Positions 37,998-51,099 of a stretch of 64,000 nucleotides of DNA are shown piece by piece. A model generated the notes under the pieces. That model was not told the origin of the DNA. It saw only the letters and a list, made by a program, of their open reading frames with translations, and did not search any database. The first letter of the stretch is position 1. Every line of letters starts with the position of its first letter. The stretch lies in assembly GCA_951406725.2 (NCBI GenBank), contig OX597824.1, positions 37,696,001 to 37,760,000 on the forward strand, given 5' to 3'. Both the position numbers and the translations under genes were made by a program. Origin of the DNA: Octopus vulgaris. Taxonomy: Eukaryota.

Positions 37998-38325
37998 TTG
38001 ATAACAACTGGGTGCTAGAAAAGTTCGGTTGAAAGATGACGCTTCGGCGAAACATCATGAAGCGGAAGCTACGTTTCTTTGGCACTTCATGTCAATATTA
38101 CTGTCTACGTCATGCGCCGGGATGGACTTGAGCGAACGATCATAACTGGCAAGGTCATCGGCAGGCGTAAAAGAGGCAGACCACCCACTTCTTGGCTGAA
38201 AGACATCGCAGCCACAGGATTGTATTTATTCTCAGCTGTCCATGGGGTAGAGGACAGGAGAAGGTGGGAAGACATCGTGATGACCACAGCAGCGCATAGT
38301 GCGACACCTGACTAGGATGATGATG
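37998..38325 (+). mobile_element. 5'-truncated RTE (BovB-like) LINE nested in the R4 relic
   Basis: KRKLRFFG..VMRRDGLERTIITGKVIGRRKRGRPPTSWLKDI with a (GAT)n tail. 12-bp TSD ATTTATACCAAT at 37986-37997 and 38326-38337. Confidence 0.92.
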
Positions 38326-38669
38326 ATTTATACCAATAATAACTCTTGCATTTGGTTTTGTGAGTAAATGCCTGAGTGACAATCTGGGCAAACTAGAGTT
38401 TTCAGAAAAAGAAATCAACCAGCTAATTCAAACATTACAAACACAATCTGTGAAAGTAAAACAGTAAAAATATGCAAGATATTTCTCAACTTTAAAATGT
38501 GAATCTGTTTTTGTTATCTTCATCCCAGCGACGGAGTTTTGTATCTATTTTTCATTATCTGAAACCTTCACTGAGGAAGATTTCAGATAATGAAAAATAG
38601 AAAAGACCTTACATACATACATACATACATATAAGTATGCCTAAATATATATGCACATACACACACAAA

Positions 38670-38769
<100 letters not shown>

Positions 38770-39481
38770 CATACATACAAACATACATGTAAATACATGT
38801 ATGAAAACAGTTACAAAACAGTTCTGCGTGTTTTAATGGATTTCAGTCTAACAACAACGAAAACAACAACAACAACAACAACAATAATAATAACAAAAGG
38901 ATGTGCAAAATTATATTTGGTTCCGATTCTGCAGTTCTTAATTTTAGTGCTTGTAGAATTCGAACAGACAAAACTTGATTAGTTCTAAGCTTTAACGAAA
39001 TCATCGAAGTTTTTTGGTGTAGAAATAAATAAATAAAAAGTAAAGGAACAGTATAAACATGTAACATATTTCTAAAATCTTAGGCTTATGGCAAATGAAA
39101 TACTCCGAAAGAGTATTTTCTTGAAGTTATGTGTAAGTGCCAGGAAAGTACTTCAACTAGAGATGAAATGTCGGTTGTCGGTCGGGGAAAGCTGAATGGA
39201 CAAGCGGGCATGAATAACTAATTCTACTTCATTTCAAGATAATTAGATGTAATACGTGGTGTGTCACCTGGTGGTCAACAATTATAGGGGAGATAATCAC
39301 ATCTAGATTGTTATAAAGTTCTAGTTGTTTGTGGTATTTCAACCTTCCTTGTAATCGTCATCATGGTATAACTTGGACAAAGTTAAGCGTTTCTTAAAAA
39401 GAGAAAATAGTTGATAGCTTAAAAGACATTTCTGAGGATGTGTGTTTTTTTTTAGTTAATTGTTCGGCAACAGAGGAAAAG

Positions 39482-39529
<48 letters not shown>

Positions 39530-39924
39530 GGGGGAGAAGGGAAAGAAAGAGAGACAGACAAACAGACAGAAAAAGAGTGGGTAGGAGATTCCTTTCATGC
39601 AGGTTAATATTTTCATATATTGCTTGTTTAATTACCTCATCTAAATCTGATCTCAAAATGAGCGTAACTCACTGAATGGTTTGTAGTAATACGCTAAACT
39701 GTTGATACAGAGAGCCAATCAACAAAGCGTTTCGAAGGAAATGAAATAAGACGATATAGGAAAATCAACAGATGAGTTGAACCGGAGTGTATGTTATTAG
39801 CTAATCTGTTTTAATTATACAATGAAATAATTATGTTGTTGGCATGAGTGTTGTGCAGATAGCACAGTACTCATACCAACAACGGAAAAAGATCGGCAAA
39901 CTTGGAAATATTAATGATGGAAAT

Positions 39925-40138
39925 AAGGCAGCGAGTTGGTAGAGTCGTTAGCACACAGAGAAAAATGCTAAGCGGCATGTCGGCCGTCTTTACGTTCTGA
40001 GTTCAAATTTTGCGATGGTCGACTTTGCTTTTCATCCTTTCGGGGTTGATAAAATAAGTACTTGTCAATCACAAGGGTCGTTGTAATCGAGTTAACCACT
40101 TACCCGGAATTGCTGACCTTATGCCAAAATTTGAAATC
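39925..40138 (+). mobile_element. SINE family A
   Basis: Head and core present. 16-bp TSD AATATTAATGATGGAA at 39907-39922 and 40139-40154. Confidence 0.9.
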
Positions 40139-40179
40139 AATATTAATGATGGAAGTGAAATGCTGGTCTAATTCATTAT

Positions 40180-40740
40180 AGGAACAAAAAACATAGATAA
40201 TGATCATCTCAAAGAAAAGAAAAACACCAATTTACAACATCAAAATTAATGGAATTTACAAGTTGATAGGTTTAAATACGTAGGAACCATGAAAACATTA
40301 GGGTCCAGGGAAAGGCATCAGAGAAGTTAAGTTAAAGATTGGACAAACAAAGGTTGCTGATGTTGAGATTAAAATTTTTTTGTGAGATAAATGGCTATCA
40401 ACAAAAGTGGGTAAAAGAGTCCTTGAGGCAGACATGGATGAGCAACGCAAAACGTCAGCAAACAAAGGCAAAGGACTTATCAATGCTGCAGAGATGTAGT
40501 TCCTTAGACGAATGCTAAAGGTATTTTATACAGAACAACAAATACCAAAATTTTCTTAGATTAGCATGAGAAGAGACAAATGGAAAACTGAAACTTGGTG
40601 ATTATTAGAAAACTGAAAGTTAGATAAGGTACTGAATCGTCTTAGTTTCCACTAACAGAAAGACTGACCTAATTACTTGCTAAAATAGGAGATTTTGGAG
40701 AGTCTATCATTACGAACGCCTGTGGGCATAGTACAAGGAG
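40180..40740 (+). mobile_element. RTE LINE RT C-terminal relic
   Basis: QVDRFKYVGT, IREVKLKIGQTK and INAAEM*FLRRMLKV. Confidence 0.8.
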
Positions 40741-42340
40741 TATACTGAGAGGGGGAACATTTAACAATAACCGTTTGGTATCTAATCACATTTACCCGAC
40801 TATTCAGCTGAAGATGCGTTGACACTTCATCAGGTGATTGCTATATATTAATGAAGTTGAGTGTATGACACTCATCTCAACAGTTACACGCTGCAGATTT
40901 TAGGTGACATACGACGGACTTTGAAAATAAAAACAATTCCCTGTAATAATGAGATTCTCTATGAGCATTTTAATAAAATTAAAATGCATGTATTCATCTA
41001 AATGAAACTTCAAATAACTGGATAATTAAAGAGGTTAAAATTTAGACATGCCGAGCTAAAAAGTTCCGCCATCAATGCTTGATGTAAATTCTAACGTTCG
41101 TGCAAGGCCACGCATTCTGCGGGATAAGCAGCCGACTAAATCGATTCCAATAATTATTTTATTTCATTCTGAAATTATGAAATATAAAGTTACCTACGTG
41201 GTATTTAAACTCATATCGTAAAGGGATGTAATAAATATCACAAGGTATTATCGGGTGATTTACAGTTTCTGGTAATCCATCGCTTTCTTGTTCCTCTGAC
41301 TGAAAAATCGTCTTTATCTTCCTTAATATATATTTTTACATTTTCTTATTTACTGCAGAAAGTGAAAGTGTATAGTGGCAAACTCTTTCTAATGTAAAGC
41401 CCTATTGCAATGCCAAAAACATTATATAATATTTACAAGTATAAAATTATATGTATATAAAAAAAAATCATAAAACTATGTGAATATCAAGAGAATATCG
41501 TAAAATTATATGAATATCAAGAGAATATCACAAAAATATATGTAATATCCCAATGAATGTGCATATGCTATTTTCTTCTTATGAATGTTGTTCGTATTAC
41601 ACCAGGTTATTTATTAGATTTGGTCTACATAATCCACGTGACGTCAGAATATTAATCTGTGTCAGCGTTCAACGTGAAAACCGATGGGAAAGCTTTGGAT
41701 GGATTTAATTCCGTGATGTGCATTTTAAGTTATATTAGTTCAGCAATAAATCCTTTACAATACACGGAAAACAGCTATAAAATCACATGATAGAACAAAT
41801 GCTGTTCAGAATAGGCCTTTGTGTATAATGAAAGTCAAAGTCGGGAGATAAGAAGAATTGCAGAGTTTATGAAGTTCTCTGAATCTGGTTTACGAAGCAA
41901 GGCGCATAAATTATTAAATTGATAAATAAGAATAGAAAATATGAACCGGAAATGGAAGAAAGAAAATAATAAAGACGTTGATTGACATTAAAATCTTTGG
42001 GACCATTGTTAAAATAATTGATTAATTGATTTGTCTTACGAATTTTCTTACTTCACGCAATTGATTCTTTTGTGAATAAGATTGTCCCACTTTTCGATGT
42101 AGATATGGCAAAGTTGATTTCCGTTTATATTTTAACATATTTTTGTAAATTTTTCGGTGAAAGTAAACCATTCGTTTCAAAATATTATAAGGTTGTAAAA
42201 TCAAAATGGCAGATAGTTAACATTATCAGTAAGTTGTGTATAGCTGTTTTTATTTCATTACAATGACTGCATAAATATATTTGAGGATAAAATGGACAAA
42301 ATGGAATAAGCAGAACTAGAGGAGACAAGTGGGATAGAGA

Positions 42341-42383
42341 GCCGCTGAAGAGGTCACAGGATGTGTGACGAAAGAACTTTGAC
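42341..42383 (+). ncRNA. Minimal type-I hammerhead ribozyme motif
   Basis: GCCG-CTGAAGA-G-GTCACA(GGATG)TGTGAC-GAAA-GAAC-TT-TGAC: perfect 6-bp stem II, weak stem I. Confidence 0.55.
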
Positions 42384-45361
42384 AAAGAAACTAAAATAAT
42401 AATGATAAAGAATCTTGCAAAACAAATACACAAACGCGACAAAATAAATGCCTCGTGTCATTTAGTTATGCTCAATGACGTTCTGCGCTCAAATTACACA
42501 CGTCACTTTGTTTTTAATCTCCAGTAGTCGATTTAAGAACATCAGCGCTCACAAAAATGTAGCCTTGCCCCAGAGTTAATATATAATTAGATCTCTGTTT
42601 AGAATGAAGAAATTATTATTTTCAATATTCTTTCTCTTGTTCCTTTAATATATTTCATACGACAATAACCGCTACGTTGTGAATAAAGAAAAGTACATTG
42701 TGATTGCAATGTTATTCAAAGTTGTTCTTAACGAGATACAGTATCATGCAATATATATGTTAATATAGTGAATGTATCCTTCATATAGCTATCGGTCACT
42801 GTAACTAAAATTCCGAAGAATGAAGGAAAAATTAAGTATAGTATACTAGCCAAAATCTAAAAGAAACTATCTTTGTATGGAATATATAATTCAAAAGCTT
42901 TATCATTAATAATTCTCCGTGAACTAATTGTATCCCTTCATTCCATTTTCAATCATTAAAAACGTTGTTTTTTTTCGAACCAGGAGCATCAACCAATCTC
43001 CTCTTTCCCCCAACCTCAAACTGCAATATTCTATCATATTATTTTTAGATTCCTTTTCTTGCTGTCCACTTTTCCAATAGAATATCGAAAATTGGCAACT
43101 TTGGGAATCAAACGTACACACGTTATTATTACTCTGCAGAATTTACATGAACATTTTCATTTCCAAAATCTATCAAATTTCTGAATAGAGTCCTCAAACT
43201 TTAAATGCACTATTCTCAATAAATCAAAAACTACACGAAACGATTCTATCCATTCTCAGAAATTCATTACTCATCAACAGTTTTCAATGTTTGATTGTTC
43301 TTTGCATGTCATTATCAGAAAACCAGTAATTTTTCATGGCACCGTCCATCTTATTTAAGACATCGACATTATAGCCAACTTTTCAACTCTATGATATCTT
43401 TATATTCCCTATGACTCTCCTTGCACCAAAATTCTAACTTCTTCCTCTTTTTGTCTTACCGTTCTTCCTTCACGAAGTTTGCAGCTCATTCTGATACTTT
43501 ATTTTTAAAAAATCTGTATTTGAACGCAATTGTTAATTATGCCAAGACTAAAGACTATGTAAGAAACGTAGATACAGTATTGTCTGGGTGCATAGGATCT
43601 TCCGTTCAAATAAATAACTCCAATACTTCTTACACGCTTCTGCTAATCACGAACACCAACCTCCAAAGAACACTTTCTATCTCATTTAGTGCAGGCAAAC
43701 ATAATCAGTAAATGCCCAGAAAGACAGTAACAGCAGCCGTTCAAGAATTTGGACCTGGAGATCTCCATTTACAGCGACTCCGAGGGCCACCTCCCAGTGG
43801 TGTCGGGCGTCAACGAAGAGCCCTCAACTACAACAAGACGACCAAAGATTATTTTTCCAAGGTCTGGGGGCTCCCGCCCCTAAGCCCTAGACCATCACCT
43901 AATCACCCTTACCCATCTTGTTGCTTAATAACAACAACAGCAGCAGCAACAGCAATAACATCATTCACCACAAACACTGTGCTGGAATATACAGTAGCAA
44001 TAACAAAAATTATAGAGGGACAGTAGCTCTTACGTTCGGATCTGGTTCACCTTATCAAGAATCATGTCGTGACCATCACCGATATCTACATACATACAGA
44101 AAGACATGAGACTGGAAAGAGAAAGCGTGCAACACGCATGAGAAAGCAGCATTGTGCTCAACCTACGAATGATAATAGATAATTCTCCGTCAAATAACGT
44201 CCTAACCTCTTGAATAATAAATCTTTGATACACTATAACCCAGTAAAAGAAGGGATGATCACGGATGGAATCGCTTTTGGTCATAGTGTTTCTTTAATAA
44301 AATTGATCTGGAGCTAAGCAAAAACAACAACGAAAGTAACATATAAAGTGAATGAGTGAGATAGTGAGGGAATATGAGTATGTGTAAATATATTTTTGAG
44401 AGAAAGAATGAGTGAAAGAGAGCGGAACGAAGGAGTAAGATTAATTAATCTTATATTCTATTAGAACAACAGAGAAACAGAAAACTAAAGAGAGGGAGGG
44501 AGATGGAAAGAGACAGGAAGAGAAAGGGAAACTTAAAGAGAAAGACTGAAAGAAAGAGAAAGGCTGAAAGAAGAAGAAAGAACTAAAGAGAGAAATATGT
44601 GATAAATATTGCTTCAATTAACTTTGCTATCTGAAACTAATAATGTTGAACTGAAAAACACGAGGAGTTGGATGAATTTTCCTCTGACCTCTCCCCACCA
44701 AATAAAATGTTATTAATCTTATCAATAAATCACTTTTCATTGAAAAGAAAATGTAATTAGAATCCAATGAAAATCAGTGTTCTATTATTGATATTACACA
44801 AAGGTGTAGAATACATTGAAACAATATCTAGAAAGACAGTTCACAGCATTCTCAGTCAGAATGAATGGTGGAGAGTTCGCGAGATGGTCTTGAGTCTCAA
44901 TGGAAACCGAATTTGGTTGAAACCATAATTAATGTTAAATTGTATCCGTTGCATTACATATAAGAAATCGATTTGAGTGAATATGTGTTTGCCTAAAGAC
45001 GCACAGCTGACCAAATCGATAGGGTAGTAGTCTGCAGGGCGATATGTCAACAATTTTTATCTCGTCACTGCAACTTTATAAAAAGTACAGTATTGTGGAG
45101 TCTATTGATTTCTTTTACATTTTCAGTGACTTTGAGATTGTTTAGTGTCTTATTTCACCTGTTAAACTTGACTGAACTATCATTAATATTTTGTATTCAA
45201 TTGACCAATTATTTGGTTAGATGTTTCAGAAAGAATTATCGTTGTTGTAGGCATAGAAATAATAGCTTTTCACACAGTACAAATGTGTGCACTTTGTCTT
45301 GTTTCTTAACTCAGGGCTTTTGTGCTATCTGTTTTGATACTATTTTCTAATCAGTTTTATA

Positions 45362-46020
45362 TGTTTCAATTTTTGGCTCAAGACCAGCAGTTTCTAAGGA
45401 GTGAGTAAATCAATTATATCGACCTCCAGGTACTTATTTTGTCGACCCCGAAAGGATGAAAGGCAAAGTCGACCTCGGCGGAATTTGAACGTAACGATGG
45501 GCGAAATACCTATTTCTTTACTACCCACAAGGGGCTAAACACAGAGAGGACAAGGACAGACAAACGGATTAAGTCGATTATATCGACCCCAGTGCGTAAC
45601 TGGTACTTATTTAATCGACACCGAAAGAATGAAAGGAAAAGTCGACCTCGGCAGAATTTGAACTCAGAACGTAGCGGCAGACGAAATACCTATTTCTATT
45701 TCTTTACTACCCACAAGGGTACATCGACCCCAGTGCGTGACTGGTACTTAATTTATCGACCCCGAAAGGATGAAAGGCAAAGTCAACCTCGGCAGAATTT
45801 GAACTCAGAACGTAGCGGCAGACGAAATACCTATTTCTATTTCTTTACTACCCACAAGGGTACATCGACCCCAGTGCGTGACTGGTACTTAATTTATCGA
45901 CCCCGAAAGGATGAAAGGCAAAGTCAACCTCGGTGGAATTTGAACTCAGAACGTAGCGGCAGACGAAATACGGCTACGCATTTCGCCCGGCGTGCTAACG
46001 ATTCTGCCAGCTTGCCGCCT
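45362..46020 (-). mobile_element. Multimeric SINE family A with an internal 141-bp tandem repeat
   Basis: ATCGACCCCAGTGCGT recurs at 45582, 45723 and 45864. TAATCAGTTTTATA flanks it on both sides (~45348 and ~46021). Confidence 0.92.
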
Positions 46021-46051
46021 TAATCAGTTTTATAATATAGAAACACCACTA

Positions 46052-46266
46052 AGGTGGCGAGCAAGCAGAGACGTTAGCACACCGGGCGAAATTTTTAGCG
46101 GTATTTCGTCTGTTTTTATGTTCTGAGTTCAAATTCCGCCGAGGTCGACTTTGCCTTTCATCTTTTCGGGTTCGATAAATTAAGTACCAGTTGCGTACTG
46201 AGGTTGATCTAATCGACTGGCTTCCCCTCTACAAATTTCTGGCCTTGAGCCTAGAGTAGAAAAGAA
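46052..46266 (+). mobile_element. SINE family A, head-to-head with the preceding copy
   Basis: Full head and core. AATATAGAAACACCACT is repeated in the flanks. Confidence 0.92.
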
Positions 46267-46695
46267 TATAGAAACACCACTTGAAAACTTCAACTTTATA
46301 TAATGATTGAAGATTAATCAGTGCCGATGTACTCGAAGTGGAATTTAAACTAAATCTTCAATCGCTTATATTTGTTCCTTCATTTTCAATTCACAGTTTC
46401 CATTCCTATTCTTGTTTTGTTATTTATTTGCATATCTTGCTTTGTAAAGCAGACTCAAAGAATTTCGTTTATTTCTCAATTCATCTTATTATTGGTTGTT
46501 TAGCTATCAATTATATTGGGATTTTACTGCACTGGATCAGCGAAATTTTAGTGTGTTCGTATAGACAGTGCATCCTCGAAACTTTAGCTGTGAATCTGAG
46601 TTTTTTTTCTTATTTCAAAAAGAAAGGTAACTTAATACTAAAACCAATTTCCTGGTTGACATACATAAGGAGTATATTTAATTATTGTAAAGGCT

Positions 46696-46785
46696 AAGGC
46701 GGCGAGCTGGCAGAAATGTTAGCACATCGGGCGAAATGCTTAGCGGTATTTCGTCTGCCGCTACGTTCTGAGTTCAAATTCCGCA
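46696..46785 (+). mobile_element. SINE family A head only
   Basis: GGCGGCGAGCTGGCAGAAA..GAGTTCAAATTCCGC, then truncated. Confidence 0.85.
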
Positions 46786-47470
46786 AACTAACTCTAAGCC
46801 AAGTTTTACACAGTCTATTTTTTGTGGTGGCGGATTCTTTTATCCTTTCTACGTTTCTAATAGAACTTGATGGATTTTGTATTTAGTCAAAAGACAGCTT
46901 TATTTCTCAGCTATTGCTTCCTTATATATAACAAGACTCTTTCCTTAGCATTGCAACCTTTACCTTAAAATGGAATCAGCATCTAGTTTCAATAACGAAA
47001 TTTAGGTGAGAGAGTACATTTTATGAAATACATCTTATGAACTACATAAATAGTTACATGATGCACCCTGTAAACATGGGATTCTAAAGCAAAAATTCAA
47101 TAATTAATATTCTTTCTTTTCAGAGATTTTGGAGACACAAGACATTAGTGCCACTCTAGAAAATACCATAAATGGAGAATATACTCCATATATAACTTGA
47201 TCTAAGAGTACCAAAGAAGTTCGCAAATTGTATCATATTAAGTATGAATGGGCAACATTCTTCTACCATTGGTATCTGTCTTGTTTTTTTTTCTCCTAAA
47301 TTAACCATAAATGTTTATAGGAGAAAAAGGAGGAAGCCTATACATGATTTCTCTACCTAAAATAGATATCAGCCAATCGCCCTCAAGTCACTATTCATTG
47401 ACTTAAAGATAAAGAAACATGTGTGTGTGTGTGTGCATGTGTGTGTATTTATGCATATATATATATATAT

Positions 47471-47533
<63 letters not shown>

Positions 47534-47561
47534 TCTGTGTGTGTACATATGTATGTATGTA

Positions 47562-47770
47562 GTCAATCCAAACAAGAACAAGCAAGAAAAAACAACAACG
47601 CGAGGACGTGGTACAAGTACTATGTTATTGGACGCTCAGGAAAGGGAATAAAAGAAAGAGGATTTCACGCTTCGAGCGGAACTCTTCATCAGAAATATAG
47701 AAAAAGTCCAAAGAAGGGAAGACGGAGAAAGAAAATCGCCAACGATACACACGCGGTCACATATTGAAAT
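47562..47770 (-). mobile_element. Probable PLE terminal-repeat fragment with a degenerate hammerhead
   Basis: Minus strand 47663-47695 reads TTT-CTGATGA-A-GAG(TTCCG)CTC-GAAG-CG-TG-AAA. Embedded in (TA)/(TATG) repeats. Confidence 0.5.
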
Positions 47771-48866
47771 CTGTATGTATACAGGATAATGTACTTCTAA
47801 ATAGATTATACTTAAAATATAGCGGGATGGTCATGCCTTGAATGTCTTTGGTTTTACGTCTACACAGACTTATATTTAGTTCTGCTTTGAAACATATTTG
47901 TTTTCAAACATTCCAGAAGAAAAAGAGGAAATTTATTTCTTGCAACATAATGACAGTGAAATATTTCTCAGAAATATATTCTGTATGAGATATATGAAAT
48001 TAAGTGCAAGCTAACATGCGTAATGCTGCGAACCGAAAGGAATTTTAATGAAATGAATTCATACCATTAATGACCATTCTTGTCAAATTAGTCAAGTGAG
48101 ATGACTCCGCAATTCAAATTGATTAAAAATTGAATGAATGTACACTGTACAGAGTTGGTTTGGTCTTTAGTAAGTATGGTACCAATTCAGGACATTTTCC
48201 ATCTTATTAGATTTCCCCAGCAAGATAAAGCCTAACAAATGCTTACCAAATCTTAAAATGACAAAGTATTTATATAATCAAATCTCAAACACACTCTTGA
48301 CTGGATATCATAATCTTATTTTTAATTAATTTAAATTTCAGCTTGTCATCAAGCACTAATTAGTTTCCCTTCCTTACGGTTGTCCTTTTAATTGATTAAC
48401 CCTGGGGGATGAGGAAGGCTCAGCATAAAGGATGTTTATCCAAACTTAATTATAATGTAAAATAGCAACACTCGTGTGAAATACATTGATATTCTTTTTG
48501 TGTTAATAATGTTGATATTAGTGAAAAATAAAAGGAAAGCAAAAAAAACGTTCGCAAGTATTATACCACCCTTCTTGAAACCTATCACCATAGGACATAG
48601 TTTAGGACAGTGAACATGTTAGAAATGAGATACATCACGAAGAGGATTCAGTTCTTTTGTTAAACATATATTTGATATTGAAAATTAATAGGTTTTTAAT
48701 TTGTTATTTAGAAGAGATAAAATTTTACTTCCTTCTTGTTTATTTTCATTCCCTTTGCTTCGTGGTGAAAGGCCAACAGCCATGACCTTTTCAGGGCCTC
48801 TTTCAGTGGTGGAAGAGAAAGAAGTTCTTCTCGGACTGCTTACCTGATCCGAATGCTTTAAACGGA

Positions 48867-48990
<124 letters not shown>

Positions 48991-50774
48991 TGATGATGAT
49001 GGTGGTGGTGGTGATAATGATGACGATAATGATCGTCATCATCAATATCATCATCATCATCATCATCACCATCTCTCAGTAGAAGACAAATATATGCAAA
49101 ATGGTACATGTGAACTTAAACGTTTTCGATTTGAAACTGAGAAAAGAGTTTAAAAGTTGTGCGTTCCATTCACTCGACAAATCTGGCTATTAACTTCAAC
49201 GACCCTTGATACACTTAGTGGTGGATAGATAGTCAAGATCTGAGAATCGGTATTTCTTACGTCACTAGCTAGGAACTACGACTATTTCATTTGTTGGGAG
49301 ATAAAAGTATTTCAGTGTTTTTAAAAGTATTTTCTCGTGTAGCACATTTGGGAATTTTACAAAATCAGAGAATGCTTTGGAAATTTCATTAATATCAGAG
49401 AAACAATCGATGTTGTTAATGCCTGGCTTTTAAACGTATATCTCTAGTTTTGTTACACAATAACAGGCATGGATATATAAGTAGATCAAATATAACATAA
49501 TATACAGATATGATATGATATTTGCAGTCACGTAATGATTGTGCTTGGAAGATTAAAGGAAAGATAACTGATAATAATACATTTCAGTTCAAACTCGTCT
49601 CAATAGAAACGACAAAATACATAATTTAGCCTCCGCTAGTTTGGGATTAACTTGTGGGAAAAATAAAGAATCGTTCAGCTCTGTTGTATTTTACGTTACG
49701 CTATTAACATTTCGTCATTGATGCAGAGATTGTATCATAGTTACTCTGTCTTTATGCTTTAAAATATATAAGAAGAGAAGCACAATATAGTCGCAGAAAC
49801 AGTAAAGTGACAAAGTAATGGGTTTTTAGTATTTAAACACGGTTGTGTGGGTTTGTGGGTTTCAGGATTAAATCTTTCTGCAGTCGACTTCACTTCTCGT
49901 TTTTCGAGAGTTCACAAAATAAGCACGAGCAATATATTGAATACAATGCAATGAACTATATTATTCCTTTACAAAACTTTGGCTTTGTGTCAAAGTTAGT
50001 AAACATTATTAATTGGATAGTTCCTTAAGTAAAGTGGTTAATTACCTACTTGAAAGAATTAGAGTGGTCCATGAATAAAATTATGGCACACCAAAATTGA
50101 CAGATCTGTTCACTAACTCAGAGCAAGATCGGGAAACCTGTAAGATTATAAATAGAATTTAAAACAGATTAAGAGGCTATCATTGCTCTAATGACTCAAC
50201 ATTTGTCTGTCTCTAATTCCGCTTATATTCTTCTATTGCAGACAAGCTTTAAAATATAAGACATAACAAAGCCATATAATATTATTTTCCGATCGTAAAT
50301 CAGACACAATACGAAATTAAATCCACATTATGTTAAATCTGAGTAGAGCATGATACATAATATAACTTTAATTACGTATAATGAAAAGATAAACGTATTT
50401 TCTTTACAGATCATTGGAATAGGCTGGAATCTCGTGAATAAAGTATTAGAATTGGTTATCTATATCGGTTGGTTGCCAGTGAAAATCCAATGGCTTTCTC
50501 TAAATGCAGTTCTTGAAGTCAAACTCTTCAATGGTGCCAGAATGACATGATACTTTAGAGAGTTTGCAGCTACCAGAGAGGATCAAAGGTTTAAATTATT
50601 CCATGAATATCCCTGTAAAAGAATCCACTTTAGTTTAAAGCCGTCAGATGATAACTGAAAATAAGCAAATATTTTCGAAATAGTCTCTTTTTATAGAAAT
50701 GAACATCCAAACATCACACTAATATTCGAATCACATTACAAATATGATATCTGCATGTCAAGAGAATGGTAATT

Positions 50775-50917
50775 CTTTTCTTCTCTAGGCACAAGGCCCA
50801 AAATTTTTGGAGAGGGGACAATAGATTAGATCATCCCCAGTACGTAGCTGGTACTTAATTTATCGACTCCGAAAGGATGAAAGGTAAAGTCGACCTCGGC
50901 GGAATTTGAACTCAGAG
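50775..50917 (-). mobile_element. SINE family A 3' portion
   Basis: GAAAGGATGAAAGGTAAAGTCGACCTCGGCGGAATTTGAACTCAGA. Confidence 0.85.
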
Positions 50918-51099
50918 AATAATAGTAATTCTGTAACACTACTTGTGAATAACTTCACTGGGCACGACTATGTATTAAAACAGTGACTTCTGTTGATAAG
51001 GATAATCACACATTCAAAATTTTTGTTTATTTCTTTTTCAACAACACTGTGTAGGACGACTTATATCCTTGGGTAGCAACATATTATTCCCTATTTGCT

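Larger units (their letters stand above)
35825..38630 (+). mobile_element. R4/Dong-clade LINE relic (RT, RLE, 3' UTR hairpin, (ACAT)n tail) with nested insertions
   Basis: EELESFCSKI*NEKRDFNLNASWL, KLNNGKVDGRD..YWYK, ARTYLVIK..SIGCQNI/MYKLYTSCL, EQTGG, YDSV, ISSC, EYWWN, IDIEVSC, EDNYRQLLR and VKICKIFLNFKM* (stop ~38501). Confidence 0.88.

Noticed and set aside
41470-41548. Short ~30-bp tandem repeats (also at ~765-818 and ~17801-17848) as a CRISPR-like array
   Set aside because: Only two to three adjacent copies with no spacers, in a eukaryotic context. These are simple slippage duplications.
43712-44026. 104-aa ORF in GC-richer sequence
   Set aside because: No recognisable domain, and it runs into a CAA/CAG repeat. 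It may be a LINE ORF1 remnant, but this is unsupported.
45592-46023. 143-aa ORF with three internal repeats
   Set aside because: It is the antisense reading of the 141-bp SINE tandem unit, which happens to be a multiple of three.
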